Shown piece after piece: positions 1-17,699 of a DNA stretch of 64,000 bases. Numbering within the stretch: the first letter of the stretch is position 1; the number at the start of each line of letters is the position of its first letter. A program made the translations under genes and the position numbers. Under the pieces are notes generated by a model, which did no database searches, was not told where the DNA came from, and worked only from the letters and a program-made list of their open reading frames with translations. The DNA is from the human T2T-CHM13v2.0 reference genome, Homo sapiens, in NCBI RefSeq assembly GCF_009914755.1, contig NC_060946.1. The stretch is one strand, 5' to 3'.

Positions 1-3814
<3,814 letters not shown>

Positions 3815-6059
3815 ATATATATATGGACTTGTCTTGGTTGTTATGCAGTGAGTAGACCTTTGAGAGATGAGGGTTTGCCTTCCACCAGGCATAAGATGAT
3901 AGTGTTCCATGTTGGTGGTAGCAGTGTAGGGTTAACACTACTGACAAAGGCCGGCTGGTGAAAATTAAATATGCAATGTCTGGAAAGCACCTGGCACACA
4001 GTAGGGTGTGGTGAATGACAACTATTATAATATAGATCCTTTTGCAGGGAAAAAGATATCATTTTCACACTTGTTCCAATCCCAATGATCTGTAGGCAGC
4101 CTTTATTATGTGAAAGACAGAAACTTCTAGAAAACTGGACATGTGTTATTCAGATTTTCTTTGCACAGCTTCACATGCACAGCTTACATGAGTAAGAAAA
4201 ACAAAAATACACAAGACTCTCTTTCTAAAGAAAAATGTAAAATAACACGATATGAGCTTCCCCTTTTAGGGAGGGAGCTGGCTTTGATTGATTAATTGCT
4301 TTACTATCTGGAATTGTCTTGCTAAGAATAACAAGTTTCAAATCAGATTGAATTTCTACTTCATGCTCGTCTTTCTAACTCCTTAAACTTCTCGACATCC
4401 AAGGAGGAGAACAGTAACAACCAGACAATCAAACAGTCCGTTTGGCCTTGGACTTTGTCTTTCTCTAAGAGAGAATTCACATTAGGACCCCTTTGCTTGG
4501 TAGTTTCAGGTTTTTGAAACATTGTTAGATAATTATTTAAGTCATAAACAGTGACAGTATGATTATAAATCTTATCAGCAGTACTAATCATGCTTTTTTC
4601 TATAGAAGCATTTTCTTCAGAGCCACAAAAAGCTCGTTTTACAGTATCTGCTTCTGGAGGAGAGTGATAGTTTTACTGATCTCCATTCTTACTGTACAGA
4701 ATTGTTTAATAAAGTGATTTCTGTTTTCCTGAAATTAATCAAAATAATAAGTTCTTGGTTTTCTTGATTTTTGACACTGAGAACTTAATGAAGTTTGCCA
4801 TTATAATATTATGGTTCTTGGATTTTTTTTAATCAATTCCAAGACATATTACTCATTTATTCATTCAACAAATATTCATTGACCATCCGCCATGTGACAC
4901 CCATTATGTTGGGTGCTGAATATACAAAGAAGAAGAAACAGCCCCTGTCCTCAAAATACTTCCAGCCTATTGGAGTGACAGTCAAGCCAAAAGGCAATTC
5001 AGCACAGCAAGATGATTTGTACCTTGGAGGACTGTGAAAAACACTGTGGGAAGGAGAGATCAGGAACTCTAAACCAGAGAGCTGAGGAAGTCTTCATGGA
5101 GAGGTAGCATTTGATGTGAAGCCTAAGAGATAAATGGGTATTTGCTAGGCAAAACTAGAGGCAGGGAACTGGCCTCCAGGAGAAGGAATAGATTACCTAA
5201 GAAGGAACAAGAATGGAATACGGGAGCCTGTCCTATGGAAAAAACTACAAATATTTTAGACAGGTGTAGTGAGGCCATATTTTCGGAATGCATATAAAAT
5301 ACAGAATAGACTCCAAGTCCTCAGAAGTCTGTTCTGATTCCAAGAATCTGATGATTATCCAATCACACAGGATAATGTGTGCCAGGTAGTAGGAGTTCAG
5401 AGATGAATAAGCCAGTGTCTTCCTTCCAGAGGTTTATGGTCTTGTCATCTAAGCTGGTATTCTAGCAGCATAAAACAAAGGATTTTTTCCTATTTGATAA
5501 ATCAGAGAGATATTGTTCTGCCCACATATCAGCTTGTCATTAGGCAATTGACTTACCCTTTGAGGGTCTCAGTTACTTCATCTATAAAATGTAGGCCAGT
5601 ATACTTACTCCCAAGGGGCTTCTGATGAATGATAAAATACATGAAATTGTCCAACCTCATGTCCAATACATGGCAGATGCTCAACAAATATTAGTTACAC
5701 ATTTTATTTGTAAAATAAAGAATTCTATTTTTATTGAAAACCAAGGAGATAAAGTGGCATGTTCTAGCATTGGGGAAAAAGAGAGGTGAAGATAATTAAT
5801 AATCCTGTTACCTCTTGCATTTTTTCCCACCCAGCCCAACTCACAGAAGGAAAGAACATGTGAGGGGGAAAGGTGGTCAACACTAGACCAGGATCCAGAC
5901 AATGGGAGAGAGGAGAGGTCTATGTTTGCTCAACATATATCCCCAGCATCTAGTATAATTCCTGACCCAAAGCAGGCGCTCTGTAAATCTTTGTTGAATG
6001 TATTATCTGCAAATTGGAATCTGCATTAAGCAACTATATAAAGAAAGATGTGTAGTTCT

Positions 6060-6300
6060 GGAATTGAATAATGCACATATCCAGTGGCCAAAACCCACCA
6101 AGATGGTTGAAGGAACTAAGGATGTTTAAGCTTGGGAAAGAACCCACAGAGATGTGATTTCTGCCATCAAATATTTAAAGCATCATCTTGAGAACAACTG
6201 AATTGACTTGATCCATGGGGCTCCAGGAAAATGTGCTAAGAGCAACAGGAACAAGTTACATGGAGGTGAATTTCAGTTCAGTTCTCTTTTAGAGCAGTTT
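6060..6300 (+). mobile_element. Ancient CR1/L3 LINE 3' fragment (boundaries approximate)
   Basis: gaaggaactaaggatgtttaagcttgggaaagaa...catcaaatatttaaag resembles the L3 ORF2 end; highly degraded. Confidence 0.5.
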
Positions 6301-8389
6301 CTCCCATGCTGCTTCATTTGAGGGTGGCCTCAAATATGATTGCATTGTCTATCACTGGTATGTTCTAGTACAGTATCACATAATGGGCTCTTGCGTATCA
6401 AATGGACAAGTAGAAAGATAATCTTTAAGTTCTAGGTTTCTCTGGTGGATACTTGTGGTTTTAGTCTGGCACATGCCTCCTTTTCATGAACTTCCCTTCC
6501 TTCCTCCAGGTTGTTTTGGTGAGGTTGCCAATCACAAGGCTGCACTCCATGCCTCACACCTTCATCCCTCACACCTTCATCCCTATCCCTGGAGCAGTGG
6601 GCTTGACAGCAGCTAGGAAAATCAGCATCTCTTGATGAGGTGGAATTTGTCTTAAGCAAGGGCGCACAAAGTCAGAAAGTCCTTGCCGTTGGTAATCTGA
6701 TGGCAGCCACTCTTGGAACCAGTTCATGTGTTTCTAATGCTGAGGTGTCCTGGCGTCCCCTGGTTCCTGTCCTTTCTGCCGGCTGTTGGTTCAGCAAATA
6801 CTTTAATATTATGAGTTACTCAATAGCCTTTGAATAAGCCCCTCCATTACTTAAACTAGTAGGCAAGTGAACACTTTCTTACAAAGGAAAAACTCTTGTA
6901 GAGGGGATTTATTAGTTCTATGACTAATTTTGCCATCCATAGCCTAAAATGGCCTCCTAGTCCCCTACCAAAGAGATACCACAGGGTAAAGGGGATCATC
7001 TGCATCCCCCAGCCATGTACTGTAGTGCCAACGTAGCAAGAAGCAAGAAGTAGAAAGGAGGCGCAGTTTCAGGAAGTACATTCTGTCTTTCTCTTTCTTT
7101 TTCCTTATGGTCTACATCTTCACATGATAAGTAGGGCAGTCTAATTAAGAAAGGTGCAGAAGGAAAGGAGGGAGTCTTCAGAAGAACAGGAAAGAAGAAA
7201 GAAAATTGAGAGGTAGAGATGTATGTCTTCAAAGAGTAATGGTCCCACAAATGGCCTCTGCAACTGTTAAAACACAGCCTTAGTCAACTAATTACCAATT
7301 ACAAGGCTATCAAACCATAAAAGTTAAACTTGCCCACCCTGGCTGCCTGTCTTTAAAAGCAGAAAAAAAAGGAGGCTGGTGCCAAAGCCCCTCAATCATG
7401 ATGCTCAAAATAGAAGCTATTAATTTAGCAGAGATCATGTGGCAGCCTTTCAAATGGCCTTGGCTTGACCCCTGAGGCTCACTGGGAAGGGTTCTCTCTA
7501 AAAACCACCACATTTGCATGCCATTCCCTGATCCTAACCTTCCTTAAGGAAGTTCAAGTAGGAGAGTGGCATGGTAGAAGAAGCACTAGGGCTGGATCCC
7601 ACAGGCCTGGGTTCAAGTTTGGGTCCTGCCACTGACCATCATAAGGTCGTAGTATAAATCTGCAGTTTGGGGGCTACTATTCAAAATTTACTCCCTTTCC
7701 TTTTCCCTACTGGCCTTCCTTTGTAGCAGAGCATATGGAGGGCATAGGGGAAATGTATGGGAGTGGTTCTTGCTGTCTCAATGATGGGGGCACTTTTAGG
7801 CAAGGACTTGGTGTGCTAGGTGCTCTACAGAGCTCACATTGGCTCCATCCACCAAGAATTGCCTGACAACTCTCACAACCTCCAAAGTTCCTGGCAGACA
7901 ATCCTGCACAAGGAAAAAAGTTTATCATTAGCTGAAAACCTTTCTTGGTTTTACATGAAAACATAGTTATTTTTGCCCTATTTTTACACTGAACTATCCA
8001 GGAGTACAATTACCATGTAAATCAAGAGAATATTGTATAACATTAGTTTGTTCAGAACTTTCCAAGAGTTGATAGCTAATTCACAAAATATCCCCAATAG
8101 CAGGACTGCTGGCAGTGTTCACAAGGTGTTAGCAAAACAGTATCTCTGAATTGCAGTTCCCTCAAATTCATGGTGATTTTATGGCTCTAGTTTCTCATCT
8201 TCTGATATAGCTTCACCTGAGACATTATTTCCTTATTAAATACTAAATGCATTATGATTTTATTAAATATGGCTTTACTTTTATTTCTTTATTATAGTTA
8301 GGGAACATTTTAAAAAGTTTTTTTGGTGTGTTGAGGTAGGTATATTATCTATAAATTTCATTTAAAGAAAACATAATATCTGTAATATT

Positions 8390-8761
8390 TGTATCTTAAG
8401 CCCGGTTTCTCAGTAAACAAACTCTGAGATGGAAGTCTATATGCAGAAAGCATACTGGAGGGTGCCCCTGGGATCAACCGTGGGGGACGAAGGAGGTAGG
8501 ATGGGTCTGAGGGAGAGGCTGAGCTGGAACAGTTACAACAGAGACAGCCCTTCCCACAGGGAGCTCTGGTCCTGGGATGATCATTGGATAAAGGACGCCC
8601 CTGGGGAAAGGACATAAACTTAAGTGAGGACATGAACTTCTGGTGAGGGCAATTTTTGAAGAGAAACTCAGCTGAGCTCTTTCAACATTCTTGGCAGCTG
8701 GCTAATTGATGGACTCAGTCTTGAAAAAGGCCCTGGGCAGCACACCACAGTATCCACTACA
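8390..8761 (-). mobile_element. ERVL LTR (LTR16-like), 3' LTR of a minus-strand ERVL remnant
   Basis: Begins tgtatcttaag...ctctgagatgg and ends cacagtatccactaca. It is followed by gtccacccttg, the reverse complement of an ERVL polypurine-tract region (caagggtggac). Confidence 0.65.
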
Positions 8762-8864
8762 GTCCACCCTTGCTCTGGTCAGATACAGGTGCTTAGTAAA
8801 ACAAGTTCTGGAAACAGCTTCTGCATGGTTCTGGTGGTTCTCTTTTCTGGAGAAACTTAAGAAA

Positions 8865-9274
8865 TGTGTTAATATGCTCAGGCTGCTATAATAAAATATT
8901 ACAGATTGGGTGGCTTAAATGACAGAAATTTGTTTCTTGCTTTTCTGGAGGGTGAGACCTCCAACATCAAGGTGCTGGCAAGGCAGGTTTTATTCTGAGG
9001 ACTCTTCTCTTGGCTTTTGTGTGGCTATCATCTCATTGTGTGCTCACATTACCTTTTCTTTGTGTACAAATAGGCAGAAAGAGAGAGAGAGAGAGTGAGA
9101 GCACTCAAGAAAGCTCTCCGGTGTCTCTTCTTATGAGGATACTGATCTCATCAGACTAGGGCCTCTTATGACCTCATCTAACTCTAATTACCTCTCAAAG
9201 GCCCCATCTCCAAATATCATACATTGTGTTCAACATTTGAATTTTGGGGTGACAATAACATTCAATCTACAACA
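8865..9274 (-). mobile_element. MaLR LTR (MLT1A-like) inserted in the ERVL remnant
   Basis: Diagnostic MLT1 reverse-strand text: ggctgctataataaaatattacagattgggtggcttaaa...aaggccccatctccaaatatcatacattg...attcaatctacaaca. Confidence 0.75.
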
Positions 9275-9429
9275 TTAAATTGCTATTTATCATGGTTCTA
9301 GATAAGTTATAGAGATACAGTTGTAGATCTGTTGTTTAAAAGCATATATATTTTTTATATAGGTATACATGTATATGTATACTTATATAAGCGTGTGCGT
9401 GTGTGTCTATATGTGTGTGTGTATACAGA

Positions 9430-9865
9430 GAGAGAGAGAGACAGAAAATGAGAGATTTATTATAAAGAATTTGCTCACATAATCATGGTGGCTAAGAAGT
9501 CCCAAGATCTGCAATTGGCTGGAGACCCAAAGAAAGCCAATGTGTAGCCCCAGCCTGAAAGCCATCAAGCTCTAGTCCTAAGAAGAGCTGATGTTTCAGT
9601 CCAAGTCCAAAGGTAGGAAAAGGCCAATTTTCCTGGCTGAGCTCAGCCATCAGGCAGTCAGAGCTCCTTCTTAGTCTTTTTCTTCTACTCATGTCTTCAA
9701 TTGATTGGGTGATGCCCATCTACATCAAGGAAGGCAATCAGCCTACCAATTCAGATGCTAGTCTTGTCCAGAAATGTCCTCACAGACACATACAGAATCA
9801 TGTTTAACCAAATGTCTCAGCACTCCACGTCCTGGTCAAGTTGACACATACAATTAACCATCACA
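9430..9865 (-). mobile_element. MLT2 LTR (ERVL), preceded by (TA/TG/AG)n simple repeats
   Basis: gagatttattataaagaatttgctcacataatcatgg... ending with the MLT2 terminus caagttgacacatacaattaaccatcaca. Confidence 0.8.
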
Positions 9866-11640
9866 AGAAGGTTAGTGGGAGAAACTATAGAACCTACTGT
9901 TGAATCTGGAGCTTTTGCTGCAATTGACACTTATCATTTCCTTTATCTACTACTCATTGAAGACTGCCCTCACCTCTGGCCAGCCCCTCTTCTGGTCTAG
10001 TGGCCTGTGTCCTCAGGTCATGGCCGGTTCATTCATCCATTTGCCATCAAAATTGAACAAGGGAGTACAAACAGATGCCCCAGTGGATCACCTGCTACCA
10101 AGTATGTCCTTCTCTGCCTCCATGGTGAAAAAGTAGACCTACTTCCTGCTGATCAGCAAAGTATATTCTCACCAGGAAGGTGATGTCTTTACCTGTCGGT
10201 CAGCTTCCTGTCATGAGGAGCCTGAAATGACCAAGTGACAGCCAAAGTTTAAAATTTAACGGGACTCTTTCTCTGTGCCTTGGTGGAAATGCTCCTGCTC
10301 TTTGACAGAACCTCTAAACCCACATACCCCAAAGTTATGGGAATGGGAGACACAAAACCGCCAAGTAGGTAACTGGGTATGATGATAAATGGGGTCACTT
10401 CTACTTTCACCCTGTAGTTCTCAGACCCATGTCTTCAACTCCCTGGGGATGCAACACAATACAATGATCTATGGTTTAGGATATACAGTGCATGCTGAAG
10501 GATTATGTTCCATCTTTGTATATCATCTCCAAGCCATTTCATCAGTGGTTATTTGAAAACGCCATGTCAGCAACCTAACTGATGGGCAAATTTGGGGCAG
10601 TCTACCATGTCACATGGTCAGCGTATCCCATGGTCATGCTACCACTGCTACACTTCCATTGCCATAAAGCGGGTTGCTTACAGGAATCTCCTAAAAATAG
10701 GTAGAACACTCTGCAAGTTCTCAAATGGCAGTGCTAGCTGAGGTCATGCAGGCTGGAAAGGCAAATGTAGACAAGTGTAAATTCTGGTCAAAGTGAATCA
10801 CAGCCTTTCACAGGTGAAAGGAGTCCAATGTAATCAACTGGCCAGAAAGTTGCTAGTTGATCTCCTCCAAAACTGGTGCCATATCAGGTAGTCAGCATTG
10901 ACCTCTATTGCTGATAGAGTGAACATTCAGTCATGACAAGGGCTGGATCGACCTTGATGTTAAAGTGGGAGCCTGTTTGTAGCCTCCATCCCAGCCATCA
11001 TGGCTTCTCCATCACTGTGTTCACTGTGCCAATATTGAAAGGACAATGACCACCTGGCCAGTATCTCCTGGCCATGTCATTCTGTCTACCTGGTTGTGCC
11101 ATGGCTCTTCAGTGGTAAATGCTAACACAAGACTGTTGTGGACTAACACAAGACTGGCAGGGTTTCACTAAAACAGTGTTCCCAGGAGTAAAGCATACTG
11201 CCTCCAGAAGCCAAAAAAAAAAAAAAAAAAAAAAGCCTATCAGGCATTATGCTTGCTCCCTAATAGTGGGAAAGACAAAATGCAACAGTTTAACCTTTAT
11301 TTTGAAGAGGTGTCCTTCACGCACCAGATCATTAAGTTCCTAAAGAGTTCCCTGATGTAGGAATGCCCTGAAACTTAGTTGGGGTAATCCCAGCCTCTAG
11401 GGTGCATTTGTCTTGACATAGCCTCCAACATACATGCCACTTTTTGCTCATCTGTTCTGCTTAGAATCAAGATTTTTTCATATGGAGGATATGTGTGATA
11501 TCCTGAAGACTTTCCCATTCCAGTCTTGGTGTCTCACTCTTTCTCAGTCAGGGCCTGACCTTGGTAAAACAGCCTTGCCTGGACTGAGAAGACATTCTTC
11601 CCTGGGGCTCTGTTTTTCTAATAATTAAGCCCTAGGCTCA
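9866..11640 (-). mobile_element. Degraded ERVL internal sequence (HERV16/ERV3-16A3-like pol/integrase remnant); right end approximate
   Basis: ccaatgtaatcaactggcca near 10826 is the reverse complement of an integrase W-x-(V/I)-DYIG motif. It is colinear with the LTR16-like LTR and PPT, and has no intact ORF. Confidence 0.6.
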
Positions 11641-11847
11641 ATTCTCACCTTTATCTGCCCTCCTACTATAGAAACAAAAACAAAAACAAAACAGTAGCTT
11701 TATGTGCTACCAAGGAAACCCTCTGACTTTCATACTTCATGGTATATCGATGTTTGATCACCCTGACCCTAGTTAGAAGTAGAAATGGGATGTTGTGATG
11801 TCATTCTAAATCAAAGAAGAATAAAATAAATATATGTTAAAGAAAAG

Positions 11848-12190
<343 letters not shown>

Positions 12191-12582
12191 TCATTTATGT
12201 ACCCCATCCGTATGCCATGCACATAATAAGCCTTATTTCATTTATTATTCACAAAAATCCTGTGAGGCCACCATTGTTATTCCTATTTTATGAAAAGGAA
12301 TTGAGGCCAGAGAGGTCAAGCAAGAAGCCTAAGATCACACAGATTGGTAGAGCTGAGATCTGATATGGCCCACCTGAGTCCAAAGCTCACGCTCTTTTAA
12401 CTATGTGACAGAACCTTCCAGATGGCTTCATCCTGAGCAAGCAATTTAGGAACAACTTCACAGACATACATTTGAATAGGCCTTGAAGGATGAATCAAAC
12501 CGCAATAGAGAGCCTCTGAAGATGAAGGAATAATAGCATAAGCAAAATTCGAAAGCACAAAAGATTAAGAAAAAGCACAGTG

Positions 12583-13016
<434 letters not shown>

Positions 13017-13495
13017 TCAGAAGCTGCCCCTCTTTAGTTTATAGATTTTATCAGGGCAAAAACCACGTCCCAGCATCCCATTGAGTCCCCAGTACTGAGT
13101 AAATGCTAATGGACAAATCAGCCCAGATAGATTCCATCATTTACTAGCCACGTGTCCCAGACAGAACATCTAACTAAGGCTTAATTTCCTCATAGGCAAA
13201 ATAGAAACACTAACTCCTACATGGTAGCCATTCAAAGCATGTCTTATGAGTGAATAAATTATCTCACTATCCCCATCAATTGGTTCCATTATCCTCATTC
13301 TAGGGACAAACAGACCCAGAGACGTAAAATTGCCTGAAGTCACATAGGTATTAGGTAGGAAGGCGTAATTGGACATGGATCTTCCTAATGTCAAAGCTTA
13401 TGATAAATGTGTCTGCCATGGGATCCATGGATAATGGCAGACTGAAGATCACACCAAGGAATTCCACAGGTTCTGCTGCAGGAAGGCTATGGTGT

Positions 13496-13804
13496 TTTTT
13501 TTTGTTTTTTTTTTTTTTTTTTTTGAGACGGAGTCTTGCTCTGTCACCCAGGCTGGAGTGCAGTGGTGTGATCTCGGCTTACTCCAAGCTCCGCCTCCGG
13601 GTTCATGCCATTCTCCTGCCTCAGCCTCCTGAGTAGCTGGACTACAGGCGCCCACTACCACGCCTGGCTAATTTTTTTGTATTTTTAGTAGAGACTGGGT
13701 TTCACTGTGTTAGCCAGGATGGTCTCAATCTCCTGACCTCGTGATACGCCCACCTCAGCCTCCCAAAGTGCTGGGATTACAGGCATGAGCCACCGCACCT
13801 GGCC
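13496..13804 (-). mobile_element. AluY-like, full length
   Basis: Poly(T), then gagacggagtcttgc...aagctccgcctcc...ttagccaggatggtctc...ggcc. TSD core gctatggtgt on both sides. Confidence 0.95.
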
Positions 13805-15461
13805 AGCTATGGTGTATTCTAATGTGGTGACACGGAAGGCTCCAGAAAGGGATGTAGACATAGTTATAACAATATGGGGGAAGAACACACTCAGTGAGGA
13901 AAGACAGTGCAACCATCACGTGTCCATGGGCCCCACAAGTGTTTGAAGAGCTCCTATCCTCAGTGCAGCTCCATGTGTGCAGAAATGTTCCACCTCACCC
14001 ACTCAGGGCTCTCTATTTACCTAATTTTTGTCGTGAGCCAGTGAGCTATTCAGTCCCCTGCTGGGGTACAAGACACTGTGACAGATAGCAGTGCCCAGGC
14101 TGGGGAATAAATTGCACACTTCTGCCAATAAAACTAGCCAGAAAAGCAGGGAGGTTGTCACTGGTGGGCAAATTAGGCAGGAGTCCTTGGGTTTGTTTGC
14201 AATGTGGAGCGGCATGGAACACAGAGAGCAACTAGGTCTCCCAACAGTGGGAGCTGGAGGTCCACAACCTCTTGTGAGTAGGAGGCAGAAATCCAGTGAG
14301 TCCCACTGACAATCACAGTCTCTCATGGCAGAAGCACACAGGGGCACTTAATTAGCATAACAGGTGTCCTGATGAACAGGCATTCGACGTACATGGATAA
14401 AGAAAAAGTGAAAATGGTCACTGCTTTGTGGACAGATGAAGAACTGTCCAAACTCACCTGTGAGCCCTAGAAAGAAACCTGAAAACACCTTTACTCATTC
14501 CACAGACCAGACAAAACCCAGAGCAGTCACTTAGCTCAACTCCAGAAGAGGCAGAAACAGAGGGGAAGGATGAGGCTCGAGGACTGAGTTTCACTTCAGG
14601 CTGTTTCGGTCTTTTCCCAGGCTTTCAGCTCCTTTGCTTTTGAAGGCCCTGTCTCCTGTATCTCACAGCTTAACAAACCAGTAATATGCACACATATTCC
14701 ACATGAATATAATTCACATAGACCTAAACTACTGAAGAGTAAAGTTGCAATGGGCAAGTTGACCTAATGTCATTTGACATAAATATTTAACTAAATGAAT
14801 ATTGCTTTTGATTGTACAGTGCTCTTTTGCTATTTTCGAGCTAGTCATTGTTTCTCAGGTCTCACATTTTTAAGTGCTCTTAAACAGCTTGTGTGCTACA
14901 GGCCCCATGCTCAGAGTACCTAATGGAGACATCAACTCTGCCACATCGTAACTGTGTGAACTGTGGGATCTCAGGCAAGTCGCCCAGCAGAGCTTCAGTT
15001 TCTTCATCTATAACCTTGGGAGAGCAATGCCTGCTTCACACAGCTGCTATGAGAGGCCCTGTTGTGAGAAAGTGCTTAGTGCAGAAGAGCCACGCAACAA
15101 AACTGTCTTTGTTTTCACTCCATAGGTCCTTGGAAAGCCAAGAACAATAAAGGAAGGGGTAAGGATTCATCATTTGCTCCACACATAACACATGACAGAC
15201 TCTGAAAGCCTCTTGTATATAACACCCCATTTGGTACCGCCCAACATTCTCATGTGGAATAAGAGGCCATATTATCCCCTGGTTTTAACTGAAGGCATTG
15301 TGGTGACAAGACTGAGCCAGGTTCACGCAGAGCTGGGAGGCAGGAGCAGGTAAATGCATATAAGGAGGTTTTTGGAGAACAAGAAATTAGAGGAAGTTGA
15401 GTTTTTCTCTCACATCCTTGCTCCAGAATTGCAAAGGTTACATTTTCATCCCTTTGGTAAT

Positions 15462-15878
15462 TGTCAGGTCTCTGAGCTCAAGCTAAGCCATCATATCCCC
15501 TGTGACCTGCACATACACATCCAGATGGCTGGTTCCTGCCTTAACTGATGACATTCCACCCCCAAAAGAAGTGAAAATGGCCTGTTCCTGCCTTAACTGT
15601 TGACATTATCTTGTGAAATTCCTTTTCCTGGCTCATCCTGGCTCAAAAGCTCCCCTACTGAGCACCTTGTGACGCCCCCCACTCCTGCCTGCCAGAGAAC
15701 AACCACCATTTGACTGTAATTTTCCTTTACCTACCCAAATATTATAAAACGGCCCCACCCCATCTCCCTTCACTGACTCTCTTTTCGGACTCAGCCCATC
15801 TGCACCCAGGTGAAATAAACAGCCATGTTGCTCACACAAAGCCTGTTTGGTGGTCTCTTCACAGGGACGCGCATGAAA
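15462..15878 (+). promoter_or_regulatory. 5' LTR7 of HERV-H (putative promoter/enhancer)
   Basis: tgtcagg...catgaaa, 417 bp. Two U3 repeats (gttcctgccttaactga), TATAAAA at 15743-15749, AATAAA at 15814-15819. Activity is not shown by the sequence. Confidence 0.93.
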
Positions 15879-15880
15879 TT

Positions 15881-15898
15881 TGATGCCATGACTCAATT
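15881..15898 (+). other. Degenerate tRNA-His primer binding site
   Basis: tgatgccatgactcaatt versus the expected tggtgccgtgactcggat; about 5 mismatches, directly after the 5' LTR. Confidence 0.8.
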
Positions 15899-16479
15899 GG
15901 GAGACCTCCCTTGGGAGATCAATCCCCTGTCCTCCTGCTCTCTGCTCCGTGAGAAAGATCCACCTACGACCTCAGGTCCTCAGACCGACCAGCCCAAGGA
16001 ACATCTCACCAATTTCAAATCCAGTAAGCGGCCTCTTTTTACTCTCTTCTCCAACCTCTCTCACTATCCCTCAACCTCTTTCTCCTTTCAATCTTGGCGC
16101 CACACTTCAATCTCTCCCTTCTCTTAATTTCAATTCCTTTCATTTTCTGGTAGAGACAAAGGAGACACATTTTATCTGTGGGCCCAAAACTCCGGCGCCG
16201 GTCATGGACTCTGGAAGGCAGCCTTCCCTTGGTGTTTAATCATTGTGGGGACACCTCTCTGATGATTCACACACGTTCCATTGGTTTCTGATCTCCATGG
16301 GGACTCCTGCCTTGATCATTCACCCACGTTCCCTTGGTGGCAAGTCAATTGCGGGGACCCCTGCTTTGGCTGCTCACCCACGTTGCAGCCCAGGGCTGCT
16401 CCCTACCCCCTTCTCCGTGTCTCTACCCTTCTCTTTAAACTTGTCCCCTTCACTATAGGCAACCTTCCACCCTCCATTC

Positions 16480-17533
16480 CTCCTTCTTCTCCCTTAGCCT
16501 GCGTTCTTAAGAACTTAAAACCTCTTCAACTCTCACCTGACCTAAAATCTAAGCATCGTATTTTCTTCTGCAACACCGCTTGGCCCCAATACAAACTTGA
16601 CAATGGCTCTAAATGGCCAGAAAACGGTACTTTCAATTTCTCCATCCCAGAAGACCTAAATAATTTTTGTCGAAAAATGGGCAAATGGTCTGAGGTGCCA
16701 GGCATTCTTTTACACATTGTTCCCTCCCTAGTCTCTGTTCCCAATGCGAATCATCCCAGTCCCAACCCCAAGCGTCGCTGAGTCTTTCTAATCTTCCTTG
16801 TCTACAGGCCCATCTGACCTCTCCCCTCCTCCCCAGGCTGCTCCTCGCCAGGCCGAGCTAGGTCCCAATTCTTCCTCAGCCACCGCTCCTCCACCCTATA
16901 ATCTTTTTATCACCTCCCCTCCTCACACCTGGTCCGGCTTACAGTTTTGTTCCGTGACTAGCCCTCCCCCACCTGCCCAGCAATTTCCTCTTAAAAAGGT
17001 GGCTGGAGCTAAAGGCATAGTCAAGGTTAATGCTCCTTTTTCTTTATCCGACCTCTCCCAAATCAGTTAGCATTTAGGCTCTTTTTCATCAAATACGAAA
17101 AACCCAGCCCAGTTCATGGCTTGTTTGGCAGCAACCCTGAGACGCTTTACAGCCCTAGACCCTACAAGATCAAAAGGCCGTCTTATTCTCAATATACATT
17201 TTATTACCCAATACGCTCCCAACTTTATATAAAGCTCCAAAAATTAAATTCGGCCCTCAAACCCCACAACAGGACTTAATTAACCTCACCTTCAAGGTGT
17301 GCAATAATAGAAAAAAGTTGCAATTCCTTGCCTCCACTGTGAGACAAACCCCAGCCACATCTCCAGCACACAAGAACTTCCAAACGCCTGAACCGCAGCA
17401 GCCAGGCGTTCCTCCAGAACTTCCTCCTCCAAGAGCTTGCTACAAGTGCTGGAAATCTGGCCACCGGGCCAAGGAATGCCCACAGCCCGGGATTCCTCGT
17501 AAGCCGTGTCCCATCTGTGCAGGACCCCACTGA
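16480..17533 (+). pseudogene. HERV-H gag remnant
   Basis: Matrix-like IFFCNTAWPQYKL...WPENGT in ORF 16281-16781. CCHC zinc knuckle CYKCWKSGHRAKEC and a broken second knuckle CPICAGPH* in ORF 17297-17533. Multiple frameshifts. Confidence 0.88.
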
Positions 17534-17699
17534 AAATTGGACTGTTCAACTCACCTGGCAGCCACTCCCAGAGCCCCTGGAACTCTGGCCCAAGGCTCTC
17601 TGACTGACTCCTTTCCAGATCTTCTTAGCTTAGCAGCTGAAGACTGATGCTGCCAGATCGCCTCGGAAGCCTACAGGACCATCACAGATGCTCTAGGTA

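Noticed and set aside
6552-6581. 15-bp tandem duplication (similar small ones at ~23719, ~38146 and ~51457)
   Set aside because: Ordinary replication-slippage duplications; no array or spacer structure, not CRISPR-like.
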